In this document: positions 30,590 through 39,340 of the stretch, in pieces
Layout: each line of letters opens with the position of its first letter
Position numbering within the stretch: position 1 is the first letter of the stretch
DNA from: Prochlorococcus sp. AG-402-N23
Lineage (GTDB): Bacteria; Cyanobacteriota; Cyanobacteriia; PCC-6307; Cyanobiaceae
Direction of reading: 5' to 3'
Assembly: GCA_003216355.1 (NCBI GenBank)
Contig: QCIX01000005.1
Coordinates: 759 to 64,758 of the forward strand
Length of the DNA: 64,000 nucleotides
Notes under the pieces: generated by a model
What the model was told of the DNA's origin: nothing
What the model saw: the letters and a program-made list of their open reading frames with translations, nothing else
Databases searched by the model: none
Position numbers and translations under genes: made by a program

Positions 30590-30820
30590 TTATTGTTTTA
30601 CATTAATAGATTTAATCCAAGAATAATATCTTGATTTTCTAATTCTTTGCTCTTTGAAGACTAGTCTATCCGCAGATTCTAGGGGTGATTCTCCTTTCTC
30701 AACTTTTGTTGTAATAGATATACCAAAACCTTTTGCTTCAATTTTTGCAATTCCACCCTCTAAAAAAAATAAAAAAGACCAACCTTTATTCCATCCTAAA
30801 TAGAAGGGATTTCGATACAT
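30590..30820 (-). CDS. conserved hypothetical protein, probable NtcA regulon
   Basis: 76-aa ORF; canonical NtcA promoter upstream. Confidence 0.7.
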   Translation of the reverse strand: MYRNPFYLGWNKGWSFLFFLEGGIAKIEAKGFGISITTKVEKGESPLESADRLVFKEQRIRKSRYYSWIKSINVKQ

Positions 30821-30845
30821 TGCATTCTTCCGGATATACTCTTTA

Positions 30846-30888
30846 ATGTTATTTTCCTTTTTAAGGTATTATTTGTATACACTATTAC
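30846..30888 (-). promoter_or_regulatory. NtcA-activated (class II) promoter
   Basis: GTA-ATAGTGTA-TAC, then 23 nt, then TAACAT on the minus strand. Confidence 0.7.
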
Positions 30889-30992
30889 CAAATAAGAAGT
30901 TTACGGCAGATTATTTCTGGGCAGAAATTTTCGTAGTTAAATAATTTCTTGGATAAATACTTGACGTCCAGGAGTAGTACATTTATATTAAT

Positions 30993-31006
30993 AGTACAAC
31001 TGTATT
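30993..31006. promoter_or_regulatory. LexA box
   Basis: AGTAC-AACT-GTATT in the same position as the box at the first DUF1651 copy. Confidence 0.7.
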
Positions 31007-31012
31007 ATCTTA

Positions 31013-31303
31013 ATGACATCAGGAGTAGCTAATGTTCGGACTAATTTTTATAGTGGCAGCCTTATTGACACCCCAGCTGGCTGGTTGTTTAACAAAAAAA
31101 GTGGTTTATTAATTCTTTTTGAGAGTTATAAGAAATCTCTATCTAATAATTTAAAAGTTTATACTCACCTTTTCTATGCAAATGAATTAGGTGAACCAGC
31201 CCAACTTAAAAATTCAAGACTACATTCTATTGAGTGTGCTTGTGAAACATGGGATGAATTAGTTTCAGGAGGTTGGCAAATTGTTACTAGTAAATTCCAC
31301 TAA
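31013..31303 (+). CDS. DUF1651-family protein (second copy)
   Basis: clear paralog of 28568-28867 (ANV.TNF, P.GWL, YANELG.P, GW). Confidence 0.75.
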   Translation: MTSGVANVRTNFYSGSLIDTPAGWLFNKKSGLLILFESYKKSLSNNLKVYTHLFYANELGEPAQLKNSRLHSIECACETWDELVSGGWQIVTSKFH

Positions 31304-31305
31304 TC

Positions 31306-31538
31306 ATGATTAAGGTTAATCCTTCAAAATGGGAATATCTAAAAGAATCTATTCTAAAACGAAAACGTACCAAGATTTGTATTACTTGCAATCACTTTCG
31401 CTAAAGTACTACAGAAACTTGTGCTACTGTTTTGATCTGTCCAAGAAACGAAAACGCATACCACAGGGTGATCATTTACTTAAAGGTTGTGAATATTGGC
31501 AAAAAAATAGAACGATATTTTCTCCTGAAGCATCTTAA
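31306..31538 (+). pseudogene. disrupted paralog of the Cys-rich protein 28147-28374
   Basis: ...KICITCNHFR then TAA (31402) where the paralog has Tyr; a later 1-nt frameshift precedes IPQGDHL.KGC.YW...IFSPEAS. Confidence 0.8.
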
Positions 31539-31638
31539 TTATTCTCTAATTAAACTTTTCTAGGTAGAGATATTTAATTATGTAAACAAAGCATTATTTT
31601 ATACAACTTAGAAAATTCTTTTTAAGTAATTTTGGAGC

Positions 31639-31740
31639 ATGATTCAATTTTACTTTTCAATATTTTTATTAGTTGTGCTTACATTTTTTGCACTTTTATT
31701 AGATGCACCAGAATTGGCTTCTTTAATTCAAACATTTTAG
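31639..31740 (+). CDS. 33-aa membrane microprotein
   Basis: GGAG-led ATG; MIQFYFSIFLLVVLTFFALLLDAPELASLIQTF. Confidence 0.45.
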   Translation: MIQFYFSIFLLVVLTFFALLLDAPELASLIQTF

Positions 31741-31890
31741 AGAATAATAAATCAGCATTTTTACTGATTTACTTTCTTTATTAGTAAGGCGTAGGTTTAA
31801 CTTATAGAATAGGAGGGATCTAATGATTGACAGTCCACCAGAGGAGTTAGATTATAAAATTTAAATCTAGATAAAACTAATGCTAAATTT

Positions 31891-31925
31891 GGAATGAATC
31901 TTCTTTTGAGATTCATTCCTTTTTA
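31891..31925 (+). terminator. intrinsic terminator
   Basis: GGAATGAATCT...AGATTCATTCC-TTTTT. Confidence 0.8.
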
Positions 31926-32035
31926 ATTTCTTTCTACAAAAATGTGAAATTGTAAAAATTAAATTTTTAAAGTAAATAATCTGTCCATATTAAAATGATT
32001 TGATGCCAAAGTCACTTCTTAGAAAGTGGCTAACT

Positions 32036-32218
32036 TTACCTGAACCCAAAACCAGTTTTTTGTTCTTCCTTTTCTTCCAATTCATTCATAATTAGTTTTA
32101 GTAAACTTTTAACTTCTACATTCGAAGCATCAGTATCTCTTTGAAGATTTATACAAATATTTTTAATTTCCTCAAAAGCATTATCTATTAATATTGTTTT
32201 TTGATCTGGATTAGCCAT
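32036..32218 (-). CDS. small conserved hypothetical protein
   Basis: 60-aa helical ORF ending GFGFR. Confidence 0.6.
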   Translation of the reverse strand: MANPDQKTILIDNAFEEIKNICINLQRDTDASNVEVKSLLKLIMNELEEKEEQKTGFGFR

Positions 32219-32224
32219 AGAATT

Positions 32225-32422
32225 TTAAAAAGCTCCATTACAGTTAAAACCACTGCAGTTAATGATCCTAAAAATGTTCATTATGAAATTATGGAATCTT
32301 TCATCAAAAAAAAATGCCCACGTTGTAAATATTGCAAAACCAGAAACAGCAAAAGCAACATATTGGAGCCAATGTATTCCATAACTGTCTATTCCATTTT
32401 TATCAAATTCAGAATTGCTCAA
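32225..32422 (-). CDS. small membrane protein
   Basis: 65 aa, one TM helix. Confidence 0.55.
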   Translation of the reverse strand: MSNSEFDKNGIDSYGIHWLQYVAFAVSGFAIFTTWAFFFDERFHNFIMNIFRIINCSGFNCNGAF

Positions 32423-32520
32423 ATCCCTTTTTTACTCATAATAAAAATTTTTTTTAAAAAAGGAGAGTTTGTTTTGAACGATATACTTATTTCTTCTTAA
32501 ATCATAGATGTATTAATCGC

Positions 32521-32775
32521 TTAAATAAAACCTGGAATTATCCCCCCAAAAAAACCGTAGTTTATTATTAAAGCTAAAAACCCAATCATAGCTAATCTCC
32601 CATTTGTTATTTCAGCATTTTTCCAAAATTTACCCATATAGTTTTTAATTTTTTTCGTATTTTTATCTATCAAATAATTTGGTTCAAGAGGTTCTTGTAA
32701 CCTTTTGATGGCGTATAAAGAGAATTGGATTGTAATCGCAATGATAACAACTATAAAACTAGTAAGAGCATCCAT
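32521..32775 (-). CDS. hli: high-light-inducible protein (Hli) with extra N-terminal TM helix
   Basis: AEITNGRLAMIGF chlorophyll-binding motif. Confidence 0.92.
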   Translation of the reverse strand: MDALTSFIVVIIAITIQFSLYAIKRLQEPLEPNYLIDKNTKKIKNYMGKFWKNAEITNGRLAMIGFLALIINYGFFGGIIPGFI

Positions 32776-33287
32776 GTTTAGATTTCATATGTGATCAATT
32801 AGTAGTCAAATAGTAAATGACAATTGTATGTATCAAAATTTTCTTATTTCTGCTTTATTAACAGAGGAAAACATAACTTGAATTATTAATTAATGTAACA
32901 TATTTTAAAAAAATTAGTATGAATTCTTACTTTTTCTTTGGATTTCACATTTTTTAAGACTTTAATGTTACATATATGTGTCAATAACATCCAAAGAGTG
33001 CTCTTAAATGAATTGCAAAATTTGTTTAAATTCTTATTTCTCCACATTAAAAAGGGTATTGAAAGTTTTTTATTAATATATTTTCAATGTTATTTATTTA
33101 AAATTATTTTAAATAACTAGAAATTATTACTTTTGTTTAATTTCTGGAAGGTAAAATTTATTGCCTAATGTATAACCAATTGACATAAGTACGAACCCGA
33201 TAAGTTGAGGTAAATGAGAATTTGCTAGAGAGATTTTTTCAATCATTTCTCAATCTATAAAATAATATGATAATAAAAATATTTTAA

Positions 33288-33470
33288 TTATGTAAATCTA
33301 TTTTTTTTTGATTCTTTAATTTCCCCAGATTTTTTTAGTGAGTTAACAAGTCTTTCATTTTCTGTTTTTAAATTTTCTAATGCAGATTTTGTGAATTGTT
33401 CTTTGGCCTCAAATTTTGCTGAACTTAAAACTTTTTTATTAGGCAGTTTTTTCTTCGGTTCTGGATTCAT
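33288..33470 (-). CDS. small basic coiled protein
   Basis: 60 aa; paralog at 37280-37405. Confidence 0.6.
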   Translation of the reverse strand: MNPEPKKKLPNKKVLSSAKFEAKEQFTKSALENLKTENERLVNSLKKSGEIKESKKNRFT

Positions 33471-33568
33471 ATTTAACAGCTTTTTAAAAATCTTATAAGT
33501 TATTTTTTTTGTACTAGGTATTATTTTTTACAATTTTCTGGTTAATAATATTTGTTTACATAAACAAA

Positions 33569-33781
33569 TTAATCTTTATCTTTTGGGAGCCTTAACCATC
33601 CAGTAGTCCATTCTGATTTTAGTTTTGTCCATGAAATCCTTTTAATATCTTTTTTATTTTTGGTAGGAAAAATATCAACCCATCTTTCTTCATTTTTACC
33701 GCCATAAGCTTTAACTTGAAAATGCCTATTACCATTAATAGTCTTTGGTGCTGTCCAGCAAAGAGTAGGAGGCCATTTCAT
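33569..33781 (-). CDS. TIGR02450-like Trp-rich protein
   Basis: WTA....G.RHFQV...W..L...W..GW. Confidence 0.8.
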   Translation of the reverse strand: MKWPPTLCWTAPKTINGNRHFQVKAYGGKNEERWVDIFPTKNKKDIKRISWTKLKSEWTTGWLRLPKDKD

Positions 33782-33962
33782 GAGAAATTTTCAAAAGTTA
33801 AAAAACTAAAGGTTGCTTTGCCCTGTCAAAACTAAACCATAATATGCAATCGTACCAAGTATAAGTACGATACCTAGTATTCTAATAATCATGCTTTAAT
33901 ATTTTTAAATTCAAATCATATTAAAGAAGTTTTATAAATTTGAGTTGAAAATTTAATATTTT

Positions 33963-34172
33963 CTAATTTTTCCTTTTATTATTTCTAACTATGGAGTGGC
34001 AAGATTCAGGATGCCATTCATTTTGTATCTTGCCAATAAAATCATAAATAAATGAATCGGGACATCCAGTTTCTTTTTGAAGTTCTGAAAGTTCTTCTTT
34101 AATGAATTCATATACACTCGTTATTACCCCTAAATTTTCTTCTTGGGAGGGAACCCATTTTTTATTCTCCAT
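33963..34172 (-). CDS. small hypothetical protein
   Basis: 69 aa; overlaps the upstream ORF stop. Confidence 0.6.
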   Translation of the reverse strand: MENKKWVPSQEENLGVITSVYEFIKEELSELQKETGCPDSFIYDFIGKIQNEWHPESCHSIVRNNKRKN

Positions 34173-34353
34173 TAATATTTTTTAAATTATTTTCCACAAT
34201 ATCGTAATAGGTTATGTCTCCATAATCAGCATCTGAACAACATAAATCTCCATATAGTTCCTCTAACAAATCGTATGCATCTGAATACTTATCAAAACTT
34301 TGAGATGTTAAATCGTCATCTTTTCCATCAATTCTAATTATTTTGTAGGTCAT
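34162..34353 (-). CDS. small acidic hypothetical protein
   Basis: 63 aa with a CCSDAD motif. Confidence 0.6.
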   Translation of the reverse strand: MTYKIIRIDGKDDDLTSQSFDKYSDAYDLLEELYGDLCCSDADYGDITYYDIVENNLKNINGE

Positions 34354-34413
34354 ATTTTACTAAGATGCAAAAAGTATTTTTTTGATTCATTAGATCATCG
34401 TATAAATAAAATC

Positions 34414-34620
34414 TTATTTAGGAGTATTGGTTGGGTAAAGCTTCTGAATTTTATTTTTCTGAATTTCTATTTTTCTTTGATCATATTTTTTTGCCATTAT
34501 TTTTCTGATAAATAATTGTGGTATAAGCCATACTAATGCAATAGCTATAGCCATGAAAGCGGGATTTCTCCACGTTAACCTAATAATCTCTTGTATAAAT
34601 TCTTGATTGAAAATTTCCAT
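34414..34620 (-). CDS. small membrane protein
   Basis: 68 aa; TM helix plus QKNKIQKLYP tail. Confidence 0.6.
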   Translation of the reverse strand: MEIFNQEFIQEIIRLTWRNPAFMAIAIALVWLIPQLFIRKIMAKKYDQRKIEIQKNKIQKLYPTNTPK

Positions 34621-34793
34621 ACATTAAATTTTGATGATAAAAATATCTTTACTTTCTTTTATAGAATTTTATGAATATGACAGTTATTATAACCTTAATA
34701 AAGGTTATAAGGAATTTTATAAATTTTTTCTTTTTCTAGTTTGTTTTTTTTTATATTTAGATTTAGATTAATTTTTTATCTCTTAGTTTACAG

Positions 34794-35459
34794 ATGCCGA
34801 CTTATCTTATTACAGGATCAAATAGGGGTATTGGATTAGAATTATGTAGGCAAATTCATAAGAGGGGAGATAATGTAATTGCAACTTGTAGGAAAGCTTC
34901 AAAAGAACTTAGAGATATAGGAGTGAGAATTGAAGAGAATATAGAAATTTCTTCTAATGAATCGATAACAAATTTGTGTAAAAAATTATCTGGAGTTAAT
35001 TTAGATTGCTTAATTCATAATGCAGGAATTTATGAATATAATTCTTTCGAAAACTTAGATAAAAAAAGTATTTTGCGTCAATTTGAAGTTAATGCATTGA
35101 GCCCAATATGTATGACTCATTCACTTAAACACCTTTTAAAAAGATTTTCTAAAGTTGCTTTTATCACAAGTAGAATGGGATCTATTGAAGATAATTCATC
35201 TGGAAGTTCTTATGGTTACAGGATGTCTAAGGTAGCTTTGTCCATGGCAGCAAAATCACTTTCTATAGATTTATCAAATGAAGATATTTATGTAGCGATC
35301 TTGCATCCTGGGTTAGTGAGTACAAGAATGACTGGCTTTACAAGAAATGGAATTAGTCCTAAAGAATCAGCAAATGGCCTTTTAAAACGTATTGATTCTT
35401 TAAATAAAAATAACTCGGGTACGTTTTGGCATGCCAATGGAGAAGTTTTGCCTTGGTAA
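34794..35459 (+). CDS. short-chain dehydrogenase/reductase
   Basis: TGSNRGIG, HNAG, YRMSK, HPG.V.T.M. Confidence 0.92.
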   Translation: MPTYLITGSNRGIGLELCRQIHKRGDNVIATCRKASKELRDIGVRIEENIEISSNESITNLCKKLSGVNLDCLIHNAGIYEYNSFENLDKKSILRQFEVNALSPICMTHSLKHLLKRFSKVAFITSRMGSIEDNSSGSSYGYRMSKVALSMAAKSLSIDLSNEDIYVAILHPGLVSTRMTGFTRNGISPKESANGLLKRIDSLNKNNSGTFWHANGEVLPW

Positions 35460-35591
35460 TATCTATATTTTTATTTTTAGGAGATTTATATCGTAGATTT
35501 GTTAAAAAACTTTTAAATTTTTAACATATCTCTTTCCTTGTTTAATTCTTTTAGTTATCTTAAAAAAAACATTAGTAAAGGAGGTGATTCA

Positions 35592-35714
35592 TTGTCGTAT
35601 CTACCGAAAAATGCGGTTATTAAAGGGGCCGTGAATTCAGTATTTTCATCACATTCATCGGTCTCTTTTTCTTTGATTAAGAAAAAAGGTTTTATAATCA
35701 ATAGATTTATATAA
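35592..35714 (+). CDS. putative 40-aa microprotein behind an extended SD
   Basis: AAAGGAGGTGAT (35577-35588), then TTG; terminator follows. Confidence 0.45.
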   Translation: MSYLPKNAVIKGAVNSVFSSHSSVSFSLIKKKGFIINRFI

Positions 35715-35732
35715 ATCAGTCACTTAATAATT

Positions 35733-35770
35733 AAAAGCTCTGCATCTCCAGAAGTTGCGGAGCTTTTTTT
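35733..35770. terminator. intrinsic terminator between convergent units
   Basis: AAAAGCTCTGCA...TGCGGAGCTTTTTTT. Confidence 0.8.
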
Positions 35771-35800
35771 ATGAATTTAAATAATCTTTCAAGGTATATG

Positions 35801-35902
35801 CTATCTTTTTTGGCCGAAGTAAATTAAGGCTAAAAAAGATAAAGTGCTTACCAAAGCGATTAAATACCACCCAGTTGAGGAGTTGCTAGTTACTTCGGTC
35901 AT
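35801..35902 (-). CDS. 33-aa membrane microprotein
   Basis: MTEVTSNSSTGWYLIALVSTLSFLALIYFGQKR, abutting the upstream ORF. Confidence 0.5.
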   Translation of the reverse strand: MTEVTSNSSTGWYLIALVSTLSFLALIYFGQKR

Positions 35903-35992
35903 TTATTTTGATTTATCGGAGGAATTGATTATCTGAGTGAAAATCACAATTGATATCATTAAAAAAACTAAAAGGATGTAAGTTACGTTCAT
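35903..35992 (-). CDS. 29-aa membrane microprotein
   Basis: MNVTYILLVFLMISIVIFTQIINSSDKSK, abutting both neighbours. Confidence 0.45.
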   Translation of the reverse strand: MNVTYILLVFLMISIVIFTQIINSSDKSK

Positions 35993-36247
35993 TTATAGAA
36001 AAATGCTAATTATCAAAAAGATTATTCCTAGAACTACCGTAACAATTGCTCCATCTACTAATAAGTCTTTCCATGTATAACTTTTAAGCATCCTTGTTTT
36101 ATCTTCTTCACTCATAAGGTTCTTTAACCACGTCCAATCTAAAAGCTGTGTCAATGCAACACCAAAAATTAAATGCCCAAACAAAATACCAATTAGATCA
36201 ATTCTAGAAATATCTTTAGTGAGACTTGTAATAATAAAAAAGTCCAC
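35993..36247 (-). CDS. small two-TM protein
   Basis: 84 aa, GTG start overlapping the upstream stop. Confidence 0.55.
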   Translation of the reverse strand: MDFFIITSLTKDISRIDLIGILFGHLIFGVALTQLLDWTWLKNLMSEEDKTRMLKSYTWKDLLVDGAIVTVVLGIIFLIISIFL

Positions 36248-36474
36248 TAGCTTTTTTCTTTATTAGATAAGGCACCACCTTCTTCTTTGTATTTTTCCCA
36301 AGCTTCACTTATTTTTGCTTTAGAGAAATTTTGTTTCCCCTCAGAGAATTTATTTTTGAGGTTATTTAAACTATTAGTCAGCTCTTTTTTTGTTGGTTCA
36401 TCAAGAAAGTTTGACGTTAATTTCCATAAATACCAGCTACTTGCTAGTAAAAGAATTAATCCCAGTAATTGCAT
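36247..36474 (-). CDS. small membrane-anchored protein
   Basis: 75 aa, N-terminal TM helix. Confidence 0.55.
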   Translation of the reverse strand: MQLLGLILLLASSWYLWKLTSNFLDEPTKKELTNSLNNLKNKFSEGKQNFSKAKISEAWEKYKEEGGALSNKEKS

Positions 36475-36558
36475 ATTAGTTTTTTACTATGCTACAACTT
36501 TTTAAATGGTTTCGATAATTTAATAAATTTAATACCTTAATAATTTTTTTGAGATTAA

Positions 36559-36786
36559 TTAAAATTTGAACCAGTGGAAAAATATTCTATCCAGCAACCA
36601 TATAGTTAATCCCCCTTCCAGGAAAGCTAGCCAGTACATACCATAATCTGAAAACCCCATTTGTTCTTTGACTGTTTTAATTAATTTTTTATGAGCTTGA
36701 ATGAGATCTTTCATTAATAAATAAAAATGTTTTAAAGCTGCTGAACTTCTTGAACTAAAAAACCCTTTCCATAGCAAGATAGACAA
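36559..36786 (-). CDS. small hypothetical protein (true start probably internal MKDLIQAH)
   Basis: ORF with GFSDYGMYWLAFLEG segment. Confidence 0.5.
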   Translation of the reverse strand: MSILLWKGFFSSRSSAALKHFYLLMKDLIQAHKKLIKTVKEQMGFSDYGMYWLAFLEGGLTIWLLDRIFFHWFKF

Positions 36787-36983
36787 GTTTTAGTCTCATC
36801 TAATGAAATTCTTAGAAAACCTGCTCCATTACATCTGAAGCAATTCACTTTAGAAGTTGAGTAGAGTTTTGACTTGATTTTAGCAGCACGGTTTAGGTAA
36901 GAAACAGTTTCCTTACGACCGTTCGCTTCAGCAGCTTTGTTTAAAAGCTTTTTGTAGTTGACTTTAAGTTCTTGAGTATTCAT
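36732..36983 (-). CDS. DnaJ-type zinc-finger small protein
   Basis: CFRCNGAG and CLSCYGKG CxxCxGxG repeats. Confidence 0.75.
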   Translation of the reverse strand: MNTQELKVNYKKLLNKAAEANGRKETVSYLNRAAKIKSKLYSTSKVNCFRCNGAGFLRISLDETKTCLSCYGKGFLVQEVQQL

Positions 36984-37279
36984 TTTTTAACTAAAACTAG
37001 TTTTCAAATATAGGTAAAAAGAAGCAATAAATAATTAAAATAAGCTCTATGAATTTACCGTTTATATTTCTAATCTGATCTCATATTGAGATTAAACTAA
37101 TATAACGGATATTTTTTTTTAATGTTTATTGTAGGAGAACTATTTTTTTTTTAATAGAAAATTTATATTTATTGAGCTAATTTTAAATCTTTAAAAATTG
37201 ATTAATTGTTGTATTTAGAAGAATAAGTTTTAAATGAAATGGATTTCTTGTAAAAATATAGTTTTTGTAAGCAAGGAGA

Positions 37280-37405
37280 CTATCCAGCCTTTTTTAGACT
37301 TTTAACTAAAAAATCATTTTCGTTAGTAAGTAAATCAAACTTTGATTTCTTAAATTTTTCTTTGATTTCGGTAGTCGAATTTTTTTTAATTTTGTTGGTC
37401 ATCAT
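37280..37405 (-). CDS. 41-aa paralog of 33288-33470
   Basis: EIKEKFKKSKFDLLTNENDFLVKSLKKAG aligns with EAKEQFTKSALENLKTENERLVNSLKKSG. Confidence 0.55.
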   Translation of the reverse strand: MMTNKIKKNSTTEIKEKFKKSKFDLLTNENDFLVKSLKKAG

Positions 37406-37452
37406 AACTTTAAAAATCAATCTTAAAATTGACATGTTTTATACTACTGATC

Positions 37453-37600
37453 ATCAAAACAAAATGTGGATATATTTTTTTAAAAAGAGAAAATATTTTA
37501 TTTTGCACATAGAAGATTTAATTTAATCAACATATTGTGGAAAACCCTGTTGAAAAACACTAAAAAAGTGGATAACTCTCGGGGAGCATGATCAAAACAA
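37453..37600. promoter_or_regulatory. cluster of DnaA-box-like nonamers
   Basis: TGTGGAAAA 37536 (perfect) plus four 1-mismatch boxes at 37465, 37501, 37548, 37567. Confidence 0.55.
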
Positions 37601-37928
37601 GCTTTTCTGGAATACTTTTTAAGTATTAATACTTCATCAAGAAAAGTTTAAATATAGTTTAAAGTGCACCATAATCTATTGTTATCACTATGGGATCATT
37701 ACTTTTATATTTATAAAAAGGATTTTATCTAGAAAATAGTGTTGAGAAAAAATTAAAAAATTTATTTTTGAATGATGTATCAAACTGACAAATAAAGTTA
37801 AGAAAAATAAAAGGAAACTTGAATTTTTGAAAATTTGTCTCATCTGTTTAAATTAAGTCTTGATTCGGTTTTCTCTATGGCAATACTTCCCAAACATAAG
37901 ATTAATCAAATAGGTTTGTATGAGTTAA

Positions 37929-38174
37929 ATGCTTAAAATGACAGTAGAAAAAAAAGATTCTAAAAAATGTTCTGGGAAGAAAAACATTATGTTTGCCTAT
38001 GGTTTTATACAACTTGGTTCAAGTTTCGTATCTGCTATAGCTTTAGCTGCGATTGCTTTTGGATTCTGTTCAGTAAAAAAAGAGTCTAAACTTTTTAATA
38101 AATGTGTTACTGAAATTATCGAAGATGGTGGTACTAATTCAGAGGCGGTAAGGTATTGCAATGGGGGCAATTAA
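37929..38174 (+). CDS. small membrane-anchored Cys-containing protein
   Basis: 81 aa; TM helix plus FNKCV...AVRYCNGG. Confidence 0.65.
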   Translation: MLKMTVEKKDSKKCSGKKNIMFAYGFIQLGSSFVSAIALAAIAFGFCSVKKESKLFNKCVTEIIEDGGTNSEAVRYCNGGN

Positions 38175-38196
38175 AAGTCTCTCACAGAAAAATTAA

Positions 38197-38439
38197 ATGG
38201 ATTCGACAAGTGATTTGATTATTGACTTTTTAAAAGAGGAGCCAATTGGAGAAACTAATCACTTTATTTGGTTCATAACAGATATTGGTATTGTTGCCCT
38301 ATTTAAAAGAGACCAAAGCTACGAAATTTATATTTCAAATGTCGAAATTGAGGCTAATAAAATTGGTTTGGATATAACTAAAGAGGAAAAAGAGTATCTC
38401 AAAATAAAAGAGAAACAACTTTTCTTGTTTTATTCATAA
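38197..38439 (+). CDS. hypothetical protein
   Basis: 80-aa ORF with ATG start. Confidence 0.6.
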   Translation: MDSTSDLIIDFLKEEPIGETNHFIWFITDIGIVALFKRDQSYEIYISNVEIEANKIGLDITKEEKEYLKIKEKQLFLFYS

Positions 38440-38457
38440 GTTTAGATCTTTTTTTAT

Positions 38458-38649
38458 TTAATAAGAGGGCTCAAGGTTAAAAGTAGGCTCTTTAATATTA
38501 TTTTCGCTAATTAATTCGTATGTGAGCTCTTTATTTAGGGCATTTATATAGGATGTATAAAGTTTTCCCCAAACAAATTCGAATTCATCTTTACTTAAAT
38601 TCTTGAAAAGAATTTCTCCTTTGAAGTAAATGTGATAAGAATCATTCAT
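38458..38649 (-). CDS. small hypothetical protein
   Basis: 63-aa ORF; GTA-N8-TAC at 38698-38711 upstream. Confidence 0.6.
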   Translation of the reverse strand: MNDSYHIYFKGEILFKNLSKDEFEFVWGKLYTSYINALNKELTYELISENNIKEPTFNLEPSY

Positions 38650-38746
38650 AGTCGAAAATAAATCTTATCCTTTTTAACGCAAAGAATTCTGTCTGTAGTA
38701 TTGTCTGCTACTAAAAAGGAATTTATAAGTTTAATGAGAAATATTC

Positions 38747-39058
38747 TTAGATCATTCTTGTATTCATTTTTTGTTTTTTGAATAATCCGACTGTCTCATC
38801 AAGATCCATACACGGCTGAATACTTATATCCATTAACCTTCTCCAGGGATGCCATTGCTTCCAAATTGTCTCAAGAGAATCTGCACTCACTACAGAATGT
38901 CCAATCCCATTTTGAACCATAAAAATCCAAGAATGAACCTCATAGTTTTCAGGTCTGTTTTGGGGACCACCTGATTCGTACCAATTAATTAGCATTTCTG
39001 CCCCTTCTTCTTGATCCTCGCCATCTGTGAATTCGTAGGAAATCAAATACCTTTGCAT
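38747..39058 (-). CDS. DUF3303-family protein
   Basis: ferredoxin-like pattern ...W..GG....E...W......G..VV.A...IW..W..W...I.PC. Confidence 0.7.
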   Translation of the reverse strand: MQRYLISYEFTDGEDQEEGAEMLINWYESGGPQNRPENYEVHSWIFMVQNGIGHSVVSADSLETIWKQWHPWRRLMDISIQPCMDLDETVGLFKKQKMNTRMI

Positions 39059-39340
39059 ATAGATTATTATTAAATCTCTAAACTATTTTAACTATAGAAT
39101 TAGATATTGCCTCCCAAATTAATTAATGCTATGAAGTTTATAGAAGTGATTGTTTTAAATGACCGAAAGATTTGGGAAAATTAAAAAGAATATTTTGACT
39201 AATTTATCTTTTATAAATAATACAATCTTGAAGTATTTTCAAAACCATGATCTGTTCGTATAGCTCCAATTAACAGATAAAATTTGATACTTTTTAAAAT
39301 ACTCTAAATTAGTTACCATATTTATACTTTATAGATACCA

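Noticed and set aside
31329-31538. 69-aa ORF as an intact gene
   Set aside because: Chimeric frame of a pseudogene; only its C-terminal part matches the paralog
38698-38711. GTA-N8-TAC as an NtcA-activated promoter
   Set aside because: No TAN3T at 22-23 nt; the palindrome alone is too common
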